This document shows, in pieces, positions 60,170-64,000 of a DNA stretch of 64,000 nucleotides. Both the position numbers and the translations under genes were made by a program. This DNA is from Anolis carolinensis (taxonomy: Eukaryota): positions 5,828,001-5,892,000 of the forward strand of contig NC_085847.1 of NCBI RefSeq assembly GCF_035594765.1, in the 5' to 3' direction. Under the pieces are notes generated by a model that made no database searches, was not told the origin of the DNA, and saw only the letters and a list, made by a program, of their open reading frames with translations. How positions within the stretch are numbered: position 1 is the first letter of the stretch; every line of letters starts with the position of its first letter.

Positions 60170-60927
60170 TAGTTCCCCGTAAACTTGAAAGCATGTGTGC
60201 ACGCACAGGGGTTGTTTTGAGAGGACCGCGTCCTCCTAAGCTGCCCAAGTGACCTGGCCGAGCGATGGGTGAAATTCTGGGGGCATGAAGGTCCATTGAC
60301 CCTCGGCCGCTGGCTTAAACCTTTCAGCATAGGATTACGAGCGGAGCCTGGGAGGCGAGGTGGCTCAGGCGCACCATTGCTGGCTCCGGGACACTCTTGC
60401 CGGAGGGCTTGGGGGGATTCCTGAGCACATCTCCCGAGCCTGGCAGGTGGGCCAAGGGGGCATCCAGAGCGCTTGACCCTGCTTCCATGAAGCAGGTAAA
60501 AACCATTTGGCGGCACCAAGAGAATATGAGGCACCAATTGATGAATGGGAAATATCCTTGGCAGCATTCGAACCTGTGTCCACTTGGGGATTTGAACCAA
60601 TAATAATCATAATATCTTTGGCTTGAACTATGGTGATGTAGTGCCATCTTCTGGAGTTGAGAACAAATGGCTCCCATTTCTAAAATGATATTGTTATTAT
60701 TATTATCAGCAGTAGCAGCTTTGGCTGGAACAATGGTGACATGGTGTCAACTTCTGGAATCGGGAACAAATGGCTCACATTTGGAAAATAATAATAATAA
60801 TAATAATAATAACAACAACAACAACAATAATGAATTAATGGTACATGAATGAAGGATGGCTAATGAAGCCTCCTGGTGTGTGTGGAGCTCCTTCTGGTGG
60901 CTCTCGGTGGTACTGAAGGGAGCATCT

Positions 60928-60960
<33 letters not shown>

Positions 60961-63900
60961 CCTCTCTGCCAGGTTTGCTCTGCCAGCCAGGCGTGGCAGC
61001 GGCAGTGGAGGGGTGGCGGAAGGCTGGCGAGAGAGGAAGCCAGGCCGAAGGATGAGCAGAGCGGCTGAGAGGCAGAGGAGGGAGGCCCAGCAGCCTCTGG
61101 AGGCAGCCCTGGCCCGGTGAGTGGGTCCCCTGCCAAGGGGAGGCGGGTGGGAGAGGCTCTACTGCCCCTTTGCTCCCTTGCCACCCAAAGATTGGCCCGA
61201 TCTGGTGCCAGGGAAGCCTCGGAGTTGCGCTCTCTCTCTCTCTTTCTCTCAAAGTAATTCCTTGCCATCAAAACTGACCCAGCAGTGACTCAGGAGAGGG
61301 AGCCCAGCCAACTCTTTTTGGAGGCTCAAGAGAAGCTCCAGTGGCCGGGCAGCTCACTCCGATGCCAGGGAGCCGGCGGGTGGGCGAAGGACCTGCGTGG
61401 GCTCCGGAGACTGTTCTTAGCCAGGAGCCGCCTTCTCTCCGAGGTCCCTTTTGGAAGTGGGACCCTGCAGCACGCCTCGCTGCCCCTGCCCCCCCCCCCC
61501 ACAGGCCTGCCCTCGCCCGCCGGCTCTCCTCTCCATGGGGGAGATGTGCCTGAACCTCATGGGCCACCTCTGCCTGCGGCCCCATCAGAGCGACATCTCT
61601 GTCACCTGGCAAGGTCAGGGGGGCCTCCGGGGGAAGGCTTGGGGGGGGCGGCGGCGGGGGAGGGGCAGAAAGGAAATTGCTCCTTGCTGCTCCTGGCTCA
61701 GGCTGCTTTTCCATCTCCCTGTAGAACCAGGTTCCGGATAGGTGTGGGCATTGCCCCAGGTTGGCACGGCTCCCTGAAACCCACCCTTGCTTCTTGGGCC
61801 AAACTGAAAGAAGAAACCGCCATAAGGAGTCCCTTTGGTTGGCCAGAATGAGTGTGCTGAGCCCTTCCAGAGGTCTAGGGACTGGATTTTATCACCCAGG
61901 CCTGCCCTTTTGTTTGGCACCATGTATGGCATTGGCACAGTTTGAATGCCAGGTTGAACTGTCTTCAACGGTGGGCACTCTGCTCGGGTGCCAAAGGCCC
62001 TCTTGGGTTTTTGGGGTGTCTTTGAGTGTTGAGAAGGGGAAATACCAATTGGACGGGAAATGTCTAGGCCTTCCTCTCCTAAGTGGTCCCTGTTGTTGGC
62101 ACAGGAAGTGCCGTTTGCAAAAGGTATAATGAAGTTCCTAAATGGGAGGCTGGTACTGGGTGTTGCTCTTGGGAAGGCATTGCAAAGGCGAGCCTGGCTT
62201 GCAATTTTGCCCCTTTCTCCTCCTCGCCGGGATCAATATTGATTTGCTGGAAGCCTCCCTTCCGAAGCCAAGTGGCGCAGCAGGACGGCTGAGCTCAGGG
62301 AATTACGTATATCAATATAGAGAGCTCTGCGATTGATTTCTTTTAAGCCCAGCCGTGGTGATGATGGGAGCGGTAATCCAAGGCCCTGGAAGATGTAGGG
62401 AAGGAGGCCCATGATGGCAAAGCATCTCGGGTTACAGGGAGAGCCCTCGCAGCCGCAGGAAAGGAGGAGAAATGGCTCAGAGGAGGTGGATGGAAGAATA
62501 GGCTGTGAAGCTGGCCCTGTGTTTGGACACATTGGGCACTGCCAGGGACAGCAACAGGTCGCTCCCAGTTTGTGCGTCACCCGTTCTTTGCCAGGGCATT
62601 GAAGTGGTTGCATTCTTTGGAAAGCGCTATCCCCAAAGAACGCTATTTTGGGCCGGGTGGCATTTTGTGGAATGGGGTGGCACTCGGGAACGCCCGCCAT
62701 GAATCATATTTGCCAAGGCTCCATCTGGCTTGTCTGGCGTTGGCTTGCATGAATATCCNNNNNNNNNNNNNNNNNNNNNNNNNNNNNNNNNNNNNNNNNN
62801 NNNNNNNNNNNNNNNNNNNNNNNNNNNNNNNNNNNNNNNNNNNNNNNNNNNNNNNNNNNNNNNNNNNNNNNNNNNNNNNNNNNNNNNNNNNNNNNNNNNN
62901 NNNNNTTTGGCTTTCTCCCATTCAAGGACCAGCCAGAGTTGACCCTGCTTAGCATCCAAGATCAGAGAAGAGGTGGTGCCTTCAGGCTGCTGGTCACCTT
63001 ACGGCACCCCCATGCATTCTGTAGGGTTTTCTTAGGGATTGTCAGAGGTGCTTTTGCCCCTCCCTTCCTCTGAAACACCGCCTTCATCACCGGGTCTTCC
63101 ATGCTGGTCTCCCATCCAAGGGCTGACCACGGTAGGGCTTGCTTGGCCTTCCAAGATGGATGAGAGATCAATGCCAAGCACCTCCAGTTGTCACCATAAC
63201 TGCATGAGCAGTGCTTACTTCCTTTGGACCAGCGGCTCATTTTAAGCAGAGGTGGGATGGCCACCTGTCAGGAGGGCTTGGATGGTGTCTTCCTTGATGG
63301 CAGAAGGGTCTGGTACTGGATGGCTTTGGAGTCCCCTTCAGACTCTAGGGGTGAGCGCTGGCCTTGTTGGGTGATGGATGCCCTTGGAGGGGACGGGATC
63401 TCTACCCGGAGCCTCCCTTCAGGACCAAACTCCAGGGGAAGCTTCCTCCTCCCTCCTCCTCCTCCTCCCCTTTCCAGCTCTGAGGCCCGTGTCCTCCAAA
63501 GAACCTCAGGGGGCTGGAGAGGGACAGGGCTCCTTCCGAGTCACCTTCCTGACTGGCTGGGCTCGTCTTTGGGGGGACGTTGCCTCGGCTGTCAGGGGTG
63601 CGACGTCAGCCGCTCACTGCAGCAGATGGCTCCGCCGGGCCCGCTGTGCATGGTCCTCCTTCCCTTCCCGGCGCCAGCAGCGACAGAGTTAAGCCTCTCT
63701 CCTTCAAGTTCAGGCGCTGGTGCATTGTGGTCTCTTTCCCATCACGCGGAGGAGGAGGGTCGCCGGGCGAACCCACGGGCAGAATCGGTAATGTGGGACG
63801 CGGCGACGCGCTGCCTTGGCTGCGGGGTGGAACGAGGCGCTCCCTCCCTCCCGTAGTAGTGCCTTTGCCCGCATCCTCCACCCGGCCGGCCGCCATGCCC

Positions 63901-64000
63901 AGCGCCTGTGCCAGGGCCAGCCGGTGGCGGGCATGAAGGGCCGGGGCTGCTGGGAGACGGGATCCGTGCGCTCCTTCTGCCACTCCGGCTGCCTCAATAA

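Overview
Gene-dense, GC-rich vertebrate genomic DNA with short introns. The repeat content (R4/Dong-type LINEs in (TAA)n, Penelope fragments, Sauria-like and 5S-derived SINEs, Tigger-like and hAT MITEs) points to a squamate lizard, probably Anolis. Gene order, reconstructed by hand from GT-AG exons: MTFP1 (3' part, +); two tandem ZP3-like genes (-); GAL3ST1 (-); PES1 (-); TCN2 (+); SLC35E4 (+); a small gene resembling only the C-terminal domain of synergin-gamma (+); DUSP18 (-); a C5orf52 homologue (+); OSBP2 exons 1-2 (+). This matches human 22q12, except that the human SEC14L3/4/6 interval holds the ZP pair here. The best candidate for an undescribed system is that pair, whose architectures are complementary. 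The upstream gene encodes a full ZP-N+ZP-C module with a furin site but no transmembrane anchor. The downstream gene encodes a signal peptide, a short Ala/Thr linker, a stand-alone ZP-C domain and a TM helix, with no ZP-N and no canonical furin site. Four internal exons have identical sizes and phases in the two genes. All gene models and homology calls come from manual reading and recall, with no database search. Three N-gaps lie in OSBP2 introns.
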